Shown piece after piece: positions 6,398 to 16,406 of a stretch of 29,004 nucleotides of DNA. Origin of the DNA: a virus (taxonomy: Duplodnaviria; Caudoviricetes). Below the pieces are notes generated by a model. The model had not been told where the DNA came from. It made no database searches and worked only from the letters and a program-made list of their open reading frames with translations. The position numbers were made by a program, and so were the translations under genes. Position 1 is the stretch's first letter. Each line of letters starts with the position of its first letter. Location: positions 1 through 29,004 of the IMG/VR virus record IMGVR_UViG_3300033067_001889. One strand, written 5' to 3'.

Positions 6398-6976
6398 ATG
6401 GCTTATTTATTTGTAGTACAAGAAAAGATAGTTATACCTAATCCTGAGACTCTACTTATACCTCCTTTTAAGGAGATCTGGGAAAGAGATACAGATAAAA
6501 GAAAAGAGACTGCATTACAGGAGCTTACTTATATTGAATTTATGAGTTCATTTAAGAAGAGTAATCCTTTTAAGGACTATCCTGAAGATAGAAAAAGTAA
6601 TATGATTATTGCAAGTGTAATTAAGATTGATGACTGGAAACCTGATAGACTTGTTATAGAGGGTATTAAGAAAATACAGGAGTTACAAACTAATGGTTCA
6701 GCTACTTTCTCATATTACTTATCAGCTAAAAATGCTGCAGAGAAGTTACAGAACTTCTTTAATAATTTTGATATGGATGAAAGACATCCTAAGACAGGTT
6801 TACCTATTTATAAACCTAAAGAGATAACATCAGCATTGATGGATACAGAAAGAGTTTTGAATAATCTTACCAATATGGCTAAGAAAGTTGAAGAAGAATT
6901 ATTTGAAGATTCAAAAATTAAAGCAGATAAGAAGATATCTATATTTGCATCACCAGAAAATTTTAACCTTAATTAA
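6398..6976 (+). CDS. conserved crAss-like protein upstream of terminase (terminase small subunit candidate)
   Basis: LLIPPFKEIWERD..K.K..A..EL.YI.F pattern, helical C-terminus, position before terL. TerS role is inference. Confidence 0.6.
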   Translation: MAYLFVVQEKIVIPNPETLLIPPFKEIWERDTDKRKETALQELTYIEFMSSFKKSNPFKDYPEDRKSNMIIASVIKIDDWKPDRLVIEGIKKIQELQTNGSATFSYYLSAKNAAEKLQNFFNNFDMDERHPKTGLPIYKPKEITSALMDTERVLNNLTNMAKKVEEELFEDSKIKADKKISIFASPENFNLN

Positions 6977-6977
6977 T

Positions 6978-7262
6978 ATGAAAATAGAAATTGATACTAA
7001 ACAAAAAACAATTAGAATACTTGAAGTAATAAGTTTTGAAGAACTTGTTACTGAACTTGATAAGATGTTAGGATTAGATGAACAGAAGAATTATAAGGTA
7101 ATTCCTTATACAGACCCATATTCTTTTCCTTATGTTCCTTATAATCCTATAACTACATATGGTCATGGTGGTACTTCAATCCCCAATCCTTATCCTACTT
7201 TTACTACTTTTGATCCAGTTACTAATATAGTAAATAATGAAAATATAAAATCAGCTCAATAA
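6978..7262 (+). CDS. hypothetical protein with Pro/Tyr/Thr-rich tail
   Basis: ATG at 6978 directly follows upstream stop (MKIEIDTKQKTI...); the ORF-track start at 6888 overlaps the previous gene. Confidence 0.75.
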   Translation: MKIEIDTKQKTIRILEVISFEELVTELDKMLGLDEQKNYKVIPYTDPYSFPYVPYNPITTYGHGGTSIPNPYPTFTTFDPVTNIVNNENIKSAQ

Positions 7263-7264
7263 AT

Positions 7265-7657
7265 ATGATATATAAAAAATTTAAAATAGATCTTTATAAT
7301 TGGGATGTTTTTTATTATGACTTTGAAAATCATGATGAAATAGATATTAAAATTAAAAGTTTTAATAAAATAGCTAATAAAGTAAATATATCTAAAGAAG
7401 ATTTAGAGATGATTGAGAATAAGATGAAAAATGAAGCAAGTGATGGTGGCTTTTGTTTTCGTAATCTTAGTAAAAGAATTAATCTGATAGTTTTATTTCC
7501 ATGTAAAAAGGAAGCTACAAAGATAAATGTAGTTACACATGAGATAAGACATGTTGTGGATGACATTGCAAAACATCTGTGGTTAAGAAAAGATAAGGAA
7601 GCTGTAGCATATTTAACAGGATATATATCAGAGAAAGTATTATCACTATATATATAA
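7265..7657 (+). CDS. zincin-like (HExxH) metallopeptidase-domain protein
   Basis: THEIRHVVD followed by EAVAYLTGYI (third ligand Glu). Confidence 0.7.
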   Translation: MIYKKFKIDLYNWDVFYYDFENHDEIDIKIKSFNKIANKVNISKEDLEMIENKMKNEASDGGFCFRNLSKRINLIVLFPCKKEATKINVVTHEIRHVVDDIAKHLWLRKDKEAVAYLTGYISEKVLSLYI

Positions 7658-7666
7658 TTGTAAGAA

Positions 7667-9808
7667 ATGGATAATATAAGGGGAGAAAATGGATTTTTTA
7701 TTAACACTGAAGTGTTTAGAGAAGAAGCTAATCACTTTAAAAAATATGGATACTACTGTGCAGATCCTGAGAACTCTCCAGCATGGTATGACTATTGGTT
7801 AGAGCAGAAAAAGAGATGTCTAAATGGTTATGAATCAGCTGGTAGTAGAATAAGTGGTGATTTTTATCACTATCTTAACTTCTGTCCTATAAAGAAAGTT
7901 GATATAACATCTATTGTAGGTAAGAGAGCCAAGAAAGTAATTGACTTTCCTGACTTCTGGGATGGTGACTATAATTACTTCTGGATTAGGGAGATAGCAA
8001 GGAATGGTATTCTTGATGTATTTGATATTCCAATTGAGGAACAGGAAAATATACTTGCACTACACCCTGATATAAGAAATGAAACCCTTAAATTTTACTA
8101 TGACAAACTACAACTAATATATAAACCTGTTATTGAAGACCTTATAGGAGGTAAAGACCTTATAGTGGGTAAAGCCAGGAGAAGAGGTTTCTCTTATAAG
8201 AATTCTTCAATAGGTGCAAAGAACTATTTTCATAAACCTAAATCATATACTATGTATATGGCTTATGAGAAGAAGTATCTTTATCCAGGACAGAAGACTA
8301 TTTTTGGTAAAACCCTGGATTATATTAACTTTATAAATGCTAATACTGCATGGACTCAACCTTCTGATGTTATTGACAGACAAAATCACATAAAAGCTTC
8401 ATATATAGAATACTTAAATGGTAAAGCTGTTGAGAAAGGTTTTAAATCTGAGATAGAAGCTATATCTTTTAAGGATAATCCTGATGCAGGTAGGGGAGCT
8501 GACTCTGAAGATATATTTGGAGAAGAGGTTGGAGCATGGGGTATCCCAGGAGGTCTGAAAAATACACTAGCTGCAATGAGATCTTCTTCTGAAGCAGGTA
8601 GTTTGAAGACAGGACTTATTACACTTTTTGGTACATCAGGAGCCATGGAAGATGGTTCCATAGACTTTGCTGACTTATTTGACAGACCTCAGGCTAACAA
8701 CTTCATGGCATTCTATGACCAGTGGGGAGACTATAAAGAGAAGATTGAGGGTGTATTTTTTCCAAAGAATCTTAATACTGAGGGTTTCTATGATCCACAA
8801 GGTAACTCTGACCTTGCAGGTGCCAAAGCTGCAGAGTTAAAAACCAGGTTAGAATTAATTAAAAATGGAGCAACATCTACAGAGATAAGAAAAAGGATGC
8901 AGGAAGAATCTTTAACTTCTTCTGAAGCTTTTTCACTTATAGCCCAGAATGATTTTCCTATAGTAGAGTTAGAAGCAAGGAGAAAAGTGTTAATGGCTAC
9001 AGGAGACCACAAGAAGAAAGGGATCCCTGTTAAAATGTACTATGCTGATGGAGAGTTAAAGGTAGAACCTATACTTGATGGTAGTGTTGAACCTATAATG
9101 TCATTTAGAAACATACCTTTTAATCTGGAAGGATGTCCTGTAATTTATTTCCCACCTGTACTGGATGCACCAAGAGGTTTATATAAGATAGGATATGACC
9201 CATATAGACAAGATCAGGGAACCTCTTTAGCTGGTATTATTGTTTATATGACTAAATATATTGGATTCTATAAACATAATATAGTAGTAGCAGAATATGT
9301 AGGAAGGAAATCAAATCCAGAGGATGTAGATAGGATAGCTGAAATGTTAGCTGATTACTACAATACTACTATAATGTATGAGAATGAGGTACCATCAGTA
9401 AAGAATTACTTTAGAAGGATAAAGAGATTAAGTCTTCTTTCTATGCAGCCTGATGCAGTTATCTCAAAAAATATTAAGAATAGTAAGGTAGCCAGGGTAT
9501 ATGGATGTCACATGGTAGATCCACTTAAGGATGCTGGGGAAAGATATGTAAAGGAATGGCTTACAAGTGTAATGGATTATGATGAATTTGGAAACAAGAT
9601 AACAGCAATTGATAATATATACTCATTAAGATTAATAGAAGAACTTCTGGTTTACTATAGAAAAGGCAACTTTGACCTTATCTCTGCATTATTTATGTGC
9701 TTATTCCAGGTACAGGAAGAGATCCTTGGTAAGGAGCATGGTGCAGAAAAGGAAAATAAGAAGATAAAAGAATTAATGGAACAATGGCAGGAAATGTCTA
9801 ATAACTAA
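7667..9808 (+). CDS. terL: terminase large subunit
   Basis: Walker A-like KARRRGFSY, Walker B FGEEVG, FGTSG, nuclease GYDPY and GNFDLISA; immediately upstream of portal. Confidence 0.93.
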   Translation: MDNIRGENGFFINTEVFREEANHFKKYGYYCADPENSPAWYDYWLEQKKRCLNGYESAGSRISGDFYHYLNFCPIKKVDITSIVGKRAKKVIDFPDFWDGDYNYFWIREIARNGILDVFDIPIEEQENILALHPDIRNETLKFYYDKLQLIYKPVIEDLIGGKDLIVGKARRRGFSYKNSSIGAKNYFHKPKSYTMYMAYEKKYLYPGQKTIFGKTLDYINFINANTAWTQPSDVIDRQNHIKASYIEYLNGKAVEKGFKSEIEAISFKDNPDAGRGADSEDIFGEEVGAWGIPGGLKNTLAAMRSSSEAGSLKTGLITLFGTSGAMEDGSIDFADLFDRPQANNFMAFYDQWGDYKEKIEGVFFPKNLNTEGFYDPQGNSDLAGAKAAELKTRLELIKNGATSTEIRKRMQEESLTSSEAFSLIAQNDFPIVELEARRKVLMATGDHKKKGIPVKMYYADGELKVEPILDGSVEPIMSFRNIPFNLEGCPVIYFPPVLDAPRGLYKIGYDPYRQDQGTSLAGIIVYMTKYIGFYKHNIVVAEYVGRKSNPEDVDRIAEMLADYYNTTIMYENEVPSVKNYFRRIKRLSLLSMQPDAVISKNIKNSKVARVYGCHMVDPLKDAGERYVKEWLTSVMDYDEFGNKITAIDNIYSLRLIEELLVYYRKGNFDLISALFMCLFQVQEEILGKEHGAEKENKKIKELMEQWQEMSNN

Positions 9809-9812
9809 AAAG

Positions 9813-12182
9813 ATGGAAAAACAAAGATTAAGCAGAAAAGAAAAAGAAGCAGAAAACTTTAAATGGTACAAAGAGAAAGTTGATAACCTTTTACCAAATG
9901 GGTATGGTTCTTTTGATAGTTTCAAAGTTATGGATAATCTTAAGTATAAGGTTATTTATGACCTTTTCAATGGTAAGCTAGATGAAGATGAGTATAAAGC
10001 AGTTTGTATGCCTTATGGGGAAGCAGTGGGGAAGTTACCTACGAAGATAAAGAACTTTGATATCTTGTCAAGAAAGATAAAAGCTCTTCTTGGTATAGAG
10101 ATGAAAAGGAAATTTATGTGGAAAGCTGTAGCAATAAATCCTGAAGCAACTACGAGAAGGGAAGAAGAGGAGTTTGGTAAGATAAAGGAATGGGTTTATA
10201 AGGAAGCCATGGATCCTCTATTGAAAGAACTTGAGATAAAATATGCACAAGAGCTTAAGGGTAAGGAACTTAGTGAAGAAGAAAAGAATGCAATTCAGCA
10301 AAGGATGGATGAAGAAAGAGAAGCAATGACCCCTGATAAGATTAAGAAGTATATGATGAGGGATTATCAGGATCCTGCAGAGGAGATGGTAAATGACCTT
10401 CTTGAGTATCTCATAAATATCATAGATCTTCATTATAAGTTTAGCCAGGGATTTAAACATGCTTCATTATCTGCAAAGGAGATTTATTACGTAGGGGCAC
10501 ATAGAGGTAATCCTAATGTATGGGTTGTGAATCCACTACATGTTACTTTACTTGATTCAGGAGCCTCTGAATTTATAGAGGATTCAGAAGAGATTGCTGT
10601 TGAATATTATATGACTAAGACTCAGATTATTTCTCTGTTTGGAGATGAACTTACTGAGGAACAGATAGATAAGATATTTGATGATGGTAAGAAGGATGCA
10701 TATGCAATGATACAGGATGAGTCATTCTTTTTTAATTCTGATACTACAAGAAATACAAGACCTATTATACATAGAGTATGGAAAGATCTTAGAAAAATTG
10801 GTTTCCTTACATATAAAGATATGGAAGGAAAAATACAGGAGAAACCAGTTGATGAGGAATATGAATTTAATGAAGACCTTGGTGACTTGTTGATAGAGTG
10901 GGAATGGATACCAGAAACATATGAAGGATGGAAACTTGCTGATGATATTTATGTAAGGATGAGACCTGTGGAAGGACAGCTAAAAGACTTAAATAGTATG
11001 TATAACTGTAAACTTCCTTATTATGGTGCCATTTATGATAATGTAAATAGTGAACCTGTATCAATGGGAGAAAGACTCTTAATGTATCAGTTTTACTATA
11101 ATGTTATCATGTATAGGATAGAGAATCTTTTAGCTGGAGATAAAGGTAAGAAGATACTTATGAATATAAATATGATACCTGATTCAGCAGGTATAGATAT
11201 TAAGAAATGGCAATACTTTGCAGAGACTACTCCTTATATGTGGTATGATCCAAATGAAGAGGGAAGCTCATATCAGGATGTGAATACTGTAGCTAAAGTT
11301 TTAGATCTAGGTCTGATTTCTAATGTTAACCAGTATATTGAAGCTGCAGAGTATATAAGGATGCAAGCTGGGGCTACTATAGGTGTTACAGATCAGGTAG
11401 AAGGACAAATAACTCCAAATGAAGCTGTTACAAATACAAGACAAAATCTTGTACAGTCATCTTATATACTTGAACCATATTTCTTCTTACATAATAAGGT
11501 AAAGAGAAATGTATTACAGGCAATTGTAGAATTAGCTAAGGTTGTTTATTCAAGAAATAATCTTGATAAACTTACTTTTGTAGTTGATGATTTCTCAAAG
11601 AAGATGCTTGAAGTGGATCTTGGATTACTTGATAATAATACTTTTGGAATTTTCATTAATGAAAGTGTTAAGACTGAAGAGATTAAACAACAAATAAACC
11701 AAATGAGTTTTGCAGCAATGCAGAATGGTGGTAAACTTTCTGATATTATTTCTCTGATAAGAAAGGATAGTATAATTGAGGCTGAAGAAAGTATAAGATT
11801 AGCTGAAGATAAAGCTGAGAAAGCTATGGTAGAGAATGAGAAAAGAAAAGAAGATTCAGCATTAAGAGTTATGGAAAAACAAAAAGAACTTGATAAAGAG
11901 AAACATGAGAGAGATAAGGAACTTATTGTTTTAAAAGAACAAGAAAGGAGAAAAACTGTAGTTGCACAATCTTATATTACAGGTGCATCCTTTAATGTAG
12001 ATGCAGATAAAGATGATGATGGTGTAAATGACTTTATAGAGTTAGCACAGAATGAACTTGATAAAGATGAAAGAAGAGAAAAAATGGATCTTGATAGAGA
12101 AAAATTTGAACATCAGAAGAAAATTGATAAAGAGAAGATAGATATTGATAAGAAAAAGCTATTACAACCTAAATCAAAATAA
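9813..12182 (+). CDS. portal protein
   Basis: 789 aa after terL; WEWIPETYEGWK, CKLPYYG, Q..YN motifs and charged C-terminal coiled coil typical of crAss-like portals. Confidence 0.88.
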   Translation: MEKQRLSRKEKEAENFKWYKEKVDNLLPNGYGSFDSFKVMDNLKYKVIYDLFNGKLDEDEYKAVCMPYGEAVGKLPTKIKNFDILSRKIKALLGIEMKRKFMWKAVAINPEATTRREEEEFGKIKEWVYKEAMDPLLKELEIKYAQELKGKELSEEEKNAIQQRMDEEREAMTPDKIKKYMMRDYQDPAEEMVNDLLEYLINIIDLHYKFSQGFKHASLSAKEIYYVGAHRGNPNVWVVNPLHVTLLDSGASEFIEDSEEIAVEYYMTKTQIISLFGDELTEEQIDKIFDDGKKDAYAMIQDESFFFNSDTTRNTRPIIHRVWKDLRKIGFLTYKDMEGKIQEKPVDEEYEFNEDLGDLLIEWEWIPETYEGWKLADDIYVRMRPVEGQLKDLNSMYNCKLPYYGAIYDNVNSEPVSMGERLLMYQFYYNVIMYRIENLLAGDKGKKILMNINMIPDSAGIDIKKWQYFAETTPYMWYDPNEEGSSYQDVNTVAKVLDLGLISNVNQYIEAAEYIRMQAGATIGVTDQVEGQITPNEAVTNTRQNLVQSSYILEPYFFLHNKVKRNVLQAIVELAKVVYSRNNLDKLTFVVDDFSKKMLEVDLGLLDNNTFGIFINESVKTEEIKQQINQMSFAAMQNGGKLSDIISLIRKDSIIEAEESIRLAEDKAEKAMVENEKRKEDSALRVMEKQKELDKEKHERDKELIVLKEQERRKTVVAQSYITGASFNVDADKDDDGVNDFIELAQNELDKDERREKMDLDREKFEHQKKIDKEKIDIDKKKLLQPKSK

Positions 12183-12205
12183 TTAAAAAAAATATATAAA
12201 AATCT

Positions 12206-12234
12206 AAATTTTTTATTTAATTTTGTGTTTTAAA
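12206..12234 (+). promoter_or_regulatory. putative late promoter (-7 box only)
   Basis: TAATTTTG (12218-12225) with no TTG at -33; TTTGTGTTTTAAA shared with 24359-24371. Confidence 0.5.
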
Positions 12235-12244
12235 ATTAAAAAGT

Positions 12245-13330
12245 ATGAGTGAACCTAAAAAAATAATGAGTCTGGAAGACTTTGAAGGATTTGATGATTT
12301 CAAGTTCTTTGAAGAAGAACCTTCTGAAGCGAAGGTTGAAAAAAAAGAAGAGAAAGTAGCAGAGGAAAAACCTGAAGAAAAAGATGAGAAACCTAAAAAG
12401 GAATTCTCTTTTGAAGAGGAAGAAGAAGATAAAAAACCTGAATCAACTACTGAATCTTTTTACAAGAATATGCTAAAATCAATGAAGGATATTGGAGCAG
12501 CTGATTTTGAAGAAGAGTTTGAATTTGACTCTATTTCAGAAGAAGATGCAGAAGATCTTTTTAAGGATAAATTTGAGGAACAGGTTGATTTAAGATTGCG
12601 AGATCTTTTTGAAGAGTTACCTGATCAGGTTAAAGAGATAAATAAACTTGCTCTTAACAATGGAGATGTAGTTGGATATCTTAAACTAATCCTTGATGAA
12701 GAACAACTTCCTGTTGATTTTGATATTGAAAATGAGGAACATCAGGTACTTAAAGTGAAAAAATCATTAAAGAGTAAAGGTTATAGTGATAATTATATAG
12801 AAACTCAGGTTGATTTTTTAAAAGAACATGGAAAGTTAAAAGATGTCGCAACTGAAGAATACAATAAGGAAGAAAAGGAAAGAGCATTCTTAAAGAAGAA
12901 AATGCTCAAGGAAGCTGAAGAAGCAAAGGAAAGAGAAAAACTTGAACATTTAAAGTTAAAGAGAAGAATTTCTGAAACAGTAAGTAAGTTAAATGAGGTT
13001 AATGGGATCCCTATTAATAAAGATGTTAAAAAAGTTCTTCCACAATATCTTTCTGAAAAAGCTTATAAGCTTAATAATGGTACAAATATTACTGAGTTTC
13101 AAAAGGATCTTTTTGAAGCACTCAATAATGAAGATGTCGCATTACAATTTGCAATACTATTAAAGAATAGAGATAAAAATGGAAATCTTGATTTTTCATT
13201 TATAAAAGCAGATGTAGAATCTAAAGTTACCAAAGGAATAAAAAATGATATAAGAAGACAAAAAGATACTTTAGAGTCAGCAAGGGGAAGTTCACAACAA
13301 AAATCTTTAGCTGATTTTTTTGATAAATAA
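12245..13330 (+). CDS. acidic scaffold-like protein (crAss conserved gene upstream of MCP)
   Basis: Very Glu/Lys-rich, coiled coil, between portal and capsid genes. Confidence 0.7.
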   Translation: MSEPKKIMSLEDFEGFDDFKFFEEEPSEAKVEKKEEKVAEEKPEEKDEKPKKEFSFEEEEEDKKPESTTESFYKNMLKSMKDIGAADFEEEFEFDSISEEDAEDLFKDKFEEQVDLRLRDLFEELPDQVKEINKLALNNGDVVGYLKLILDEEQLPVDFDIENEEHQVLKVKKSLKSKGYSDNYIETQVDFLKEHGKLKDVATEEYNKEEKERAFLKKKMLKEAEEAKEREKLEHLKLKRRISETVSKLNEVNGIPINKDVKKVLPQYLSEKAYKLNNGTNITEFQKDLFEALNNEDVALQFAILLKNRDKNGNLDFSFIKADVESKVTKGIKNDIRRQKDTLESARGSSQQKSLADFFDK

Positions 13331-13343
13331 TTAAAATTAAATT

Positions 13344-14792
13344 ATGGCAACACTTGGAAGTAAATTAATTACAAAAAATATGCAGAGGTTAGCAAACATG
13401 ACTGAACTGAACCACCTTGGTATGGCTCTTCATGCAAAACCAGAAAAGCTCATGGGCGTTATGGATAGGCTATTCTCTGCACAAAACTACTACTCAGATA
13501 ATCCACTTTCTTCAACTTTGATGGGTAACAGCCTGACAGAGAAGAAAATAGGTTCAACTGAATGGGAATGGGAACTTAAAGGTGCAAATGAGAAACCTGT
13601 AGTTATCATGGATCTTGTTGAGACAAGTAGAACTCCTGGTAAAGGTAGGACAACTTTTAAAATTAAAGTTGATGAGAACCTATATTTACCTGGTGACGTT
13701 ATTGGTCCTGGTACATCAGGAAACAAATATCTCTCAAGGATTATGGATAATGTAACAAGGGATGGAGATGGATTCATTCTCACATTGAGATTGAATGATG
13801 ATAACTTTAACGCATCAGTTCCTTTAGCACTTTTAGCACCAGGACAGAAATGGGGAAAATTCTTCTCAACTTATGAAGAAGGTGCAGAACAATCAGGTTC
13901 AACTCAATTTACAACTTCAATTGGATTGAGGAACAAACTTGGTAAACTGAGAAAAGAATATAGAATTACAGATTATGCTTCAACAGAAGTATTGGCAGTT
14001 AAGATTGCTGATTCTAATGGAAGAGAGCATGATTCATGGATCAGATTTGCAGATGTTGAATACTGGATGCAATGGTATCGTGAAATTGAAAGGTCAATAT
14101 GGTATAACAGAAGTGTAAATACTGTCATGGGATCTACAGGTAGACCTGTTAGAGGATTCCCTGGAGTACAAGAACAACTTGAAGATTCCCATATTGGAAG
14201 AACTTCTATCCTTACAACTAAGTATATAGAGGAATATCTTATGGATATCTTCTATGGAAGGGTTAAACCTGGTAAAGGTAGAAATGTAAAAGGCTGGACA
14301 GGAGAATATGGAATGATGAATTTCCATAGAGCTGTAACAGACTGGATGGAAAAAACAGGATTTATTAAGAATGTAGAGACATTTACAAGTCCTATGAACT
14401 CTGGAATGGATGCAATTGGATTGCAGACTGGATTTAGAATGGTAAAATACAACATGGCTAATGGTAGTTCTTTGGAACTCTTCCATAATCCTTTGTATGA
14501 TGACAGAAACATACATTTTGAAATAGATGAATTGACAGGATACCCACTTGAATCTCAAAGGATTACATTCCTTGATTTCTCAGGTGATGGTGGAAGTAAC
14601 ATTCAACTTATCAAGAAAATTGGTGGAGATTTCTTTAATTATGTTATGGGTAACTATGGACCTACAGGACCAAACAATTCAAAATTTGTAGCTCACTCTG
14701 GTGACTACTATGAGATGCACGTTGGAACAAACCTTGGAATCCATATTGGAGACGTAACGAAATGTGGAGAAATTTTAATTTCAAGAAACTGA
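13344..14792 (+). CDS. major capsid protein (HK97 fold, crAss-like)
   Basis: 482 aa; EWEWELKG, GVQEQLE, TGEYGM..FH, HNPLYDD, TGYPLES.R.TFLDF motifs; position. Confidence 0.9.
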   Translation: MATLGSKLITKNMQRLANMTELNHLGMALHAKPEKLMGVMDRLFSAQNYYSDNPLSSTLMGNSLTEKKIGSTEWEWELKGANEKPVVIMDLVETSRTPGKGRTTFKIKVDENLYLPGDVIGPGTSGNKYLSRIMDNVTRDGDGFILTLRLNDDNFNASVPLALLAPGQKWGKFFSTYEEGAEQSGSTQFTTSIGLRNKLGKLRKEYRITDYASTEVLAVKIADSNGREHDSWIRFADVEYWMQWYREIERSIWYNRSVNTVMGSTGRPVRGFPGVQEQLEDSHIGRTSILTTKYIEEYLMDIFYGRVKPGKGRNVKGWTGEYGMMNFHRAVTDWMEKTGFIKNVETFTSPMNSGMDAIGLQTGFRMVKYNMANGSSLELFHNPLYDDRNIHFEIDELTGYPLESQRITFLDFSGDGGSNIQLIKKIGGDFFNYVMGNYGPTGPNNSKFVAHSGDYYEMHVGTNLGIHIGDVTKCGEILISRN

Positions 14793-14808
14793 TCTATATA
14801 ATGATTTA

Positions 14809-14834
14809 TTTGACCTATAGAAATATAGGTCAAA
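14809..14834 (+). other. perfect 11-bp stem with GAAA tetraloop after MCP
   Basis: TTTGACCTATA-GAAA-TATAGGTCAAA; no immediate U-tract. Confidence 0.75.
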
Positions 14835-14860
14835 AAGTTTCTTAAATTAAATTAAATTAT

Positions 14861-15691
14861 ATGAGAATTGAAATTAGACCAATTGCCAGAAAGAAGTGGC
14901 ATGAAAAAACGGGTAAGGAGGATTTTGCAAGACCAATAAAATTAAGTGCCCTTGTTGATCCAAATACCATGAAATACAGTACAGGACTAGATTATTTCAA
15001 TAGAAATTACACTGATCCTGATACTCTTGAAAAGGTGACAGAAGCAGAGTATTACTCTAAGCTCTTAAGACAAAACTTAGATGATGCTTTTACAATAGGA
15101 GTTCCCCACATATTTTGGGATTCCCCTGCAGCAACTGTAAAACTGGAAAATAATACAATGTTCCTTTTTACAGAAAAACCTTTAGATTTTATAAAGTATA
15201 GAATCTGTAAAGCTTCAAAATATGTTGCAAACAGTATGAGAGATTATGAAGAAGGTTTATATCCTGAAGCTACTCATATTTTATATGATGAGGCAGAGGA
15301 GGTAGAAGCAAAGGCTTCAAAGATAGAAATAAAGAAAAAGACTACAATTGCATGTAGTAATTTGTCAAAGGACAGAAAGATACAGTTGATACTTATTATT
15401 GCAGGTAAAAATTTGAAAGGAAAATCTGATGATTTCGTTGAGGTTGAGTTAGATAAGATTATAGAGAAGGAACCAGCAGACCTTTTAAGGATAATTGAAA
15501 AGAATAAGGAAGATGTATTCTTACATGCAATGATACTTGAAGCAATTCAGAAGTCAGTACTTAAGAAGCAAGGACACAAGATTGTATACTTTGATTCTAC
15601 ACTTGGTTCTGATATTGAAGATGTTATAGATTATTTTAAATCTGATGAAAATCAAGATTTGAAATTAAGAATTTTAGCAGCTATAAACTAA
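14861..15691 (+). CDS. conserved crAss-like protein downstream of MCP (gene 75-like)
   Basis: FWDS....KL.N....L....PLD.I.Y pattern, C-terminal LG........YF....NQDL; synteny. Confidence 0.7.
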   Translation: MRIEIRPIARKKWHEKTGKEDFARPIKLSALVDPNTMKYSTGLDYFNRNYTDPDTLEKVTEAEYYSKLLRQNLDDAFTIGVPHIFWDSPAATVKLENNTMFLFTEKPLDFIKYRICKASKYVANSMRDYEEGLYPEATHILYDEAEEVEAKASKIEIKKKTTIACSNLSKDRKIQLILIIAGKNLKGKSDDFVEVELDKIIEKEPADLLRIIEKNKEDVFLHAMILEAIQKSVLKKQGHKIVYFDSTLGSDIEDVIDYFKSDENQDLKLRILAAIN

Positions 15692-15697
15692 TAAAAA

Positions 15698-16396
15698 ATG
15701 ACGATAAAAGAATGGCATCATGAATTTAAACTAAAATTAAATAAGGTTGATTCACAACAATATTCTAATTTTCAGATTCCTGATATAGATTATATGTTTA
15801 ATGAAGCCATTCTTATTTTTATTAAACTTGTAGCTGAACCAAGATATAAAAATCATCTTGGATTTGAAACTACTCAAAGGAGTATTGATGATATAAGACC
15901 TATAGTAAAGAATGATTATCCTATTACTACAATAGTAAATAATGTTGCAACTTTACCTACGGATTATATGTTTTATTTAAGATCTTATGCTTTAGTTACT
16001 AAAGGAAAATGTCTTAATAAAAGATGCAGAGTATTTATCAGACAACATGATGACATGTTTGAAGAAAGTGCTTTTGACAAAAGTAATTTTGAATGGAGAT
16101 TTCAAAATGCTTTGTTTACTAAAGATGGATTAAAATTTTATCCTGATGGTGTAGTAGACAAAATTTATCTAAGTTACTTAAAGAAACCTGAGTATGTTCA
16201 CGCTGCAGGAGACTATAGTAATAGTGGTTACAAAAAACTTGATGGAACTGTACTGACTGGTTATAAAAATTGTGAACTTCCTGACCATCTACACAGTGAA
16301 ATTATTGATATAGCTGTTTTATTAGCATCTGGTAGTATTCAATCTCCAGATTATAATATTAAACAAGCAAAATTAAACTTAAATCAAATTATTTAA
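15698..16396 (+). CDS. head-tail ring/tail tubular protein (gene 74-like)
   Basis: EF...LNKVDS, GFE..QR.IDDI, LP.DY, YLKKP, CELP..LH.EIID.AV; synteny. Confidence 0.75.
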   Translation: MTIKEWHHEFKLKLNKVDSQQYSNFQIPDIDYMFNEAILIFIKLVAEPRYKNHLGFETTQRSIDDIRPIVKNDYPITTIVNNVATLPTDYMFYLRSYALVTKGKCLNKRCRVFIRQHDDMFEESAFDKSNFEWRFQNALFTKDGLKFYPDGVVDKIYLSYLKKPEYVHAAGDYSNSGYKKLDGTVLTGYKNCELPDHLHSEIIDIAVLLASGSIQSPDYNIKQAKLNLNQII

Positions 16397-16406
16397 AACT
16401 TAAATT

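Noticed and set aside
6888-6977. Extended N-terminus of 6888..7262
   Set aside because: Overlaps the upstream gene by 89 nt; ATG at 6978 fits better
12000-12040. DKDDDGVND Ca-binding-like loop in portal tail
   Set aside because: Real Dx[DN]xDG-like motif, but commonly seen in portal C-termini; not considered novel
7667-14792. Introns or inteins in terL, portal or MCP
   Set aside because: ORFs are continuous and of ordinary length; no intein C...HN or LAGLIDADG motifs noticed
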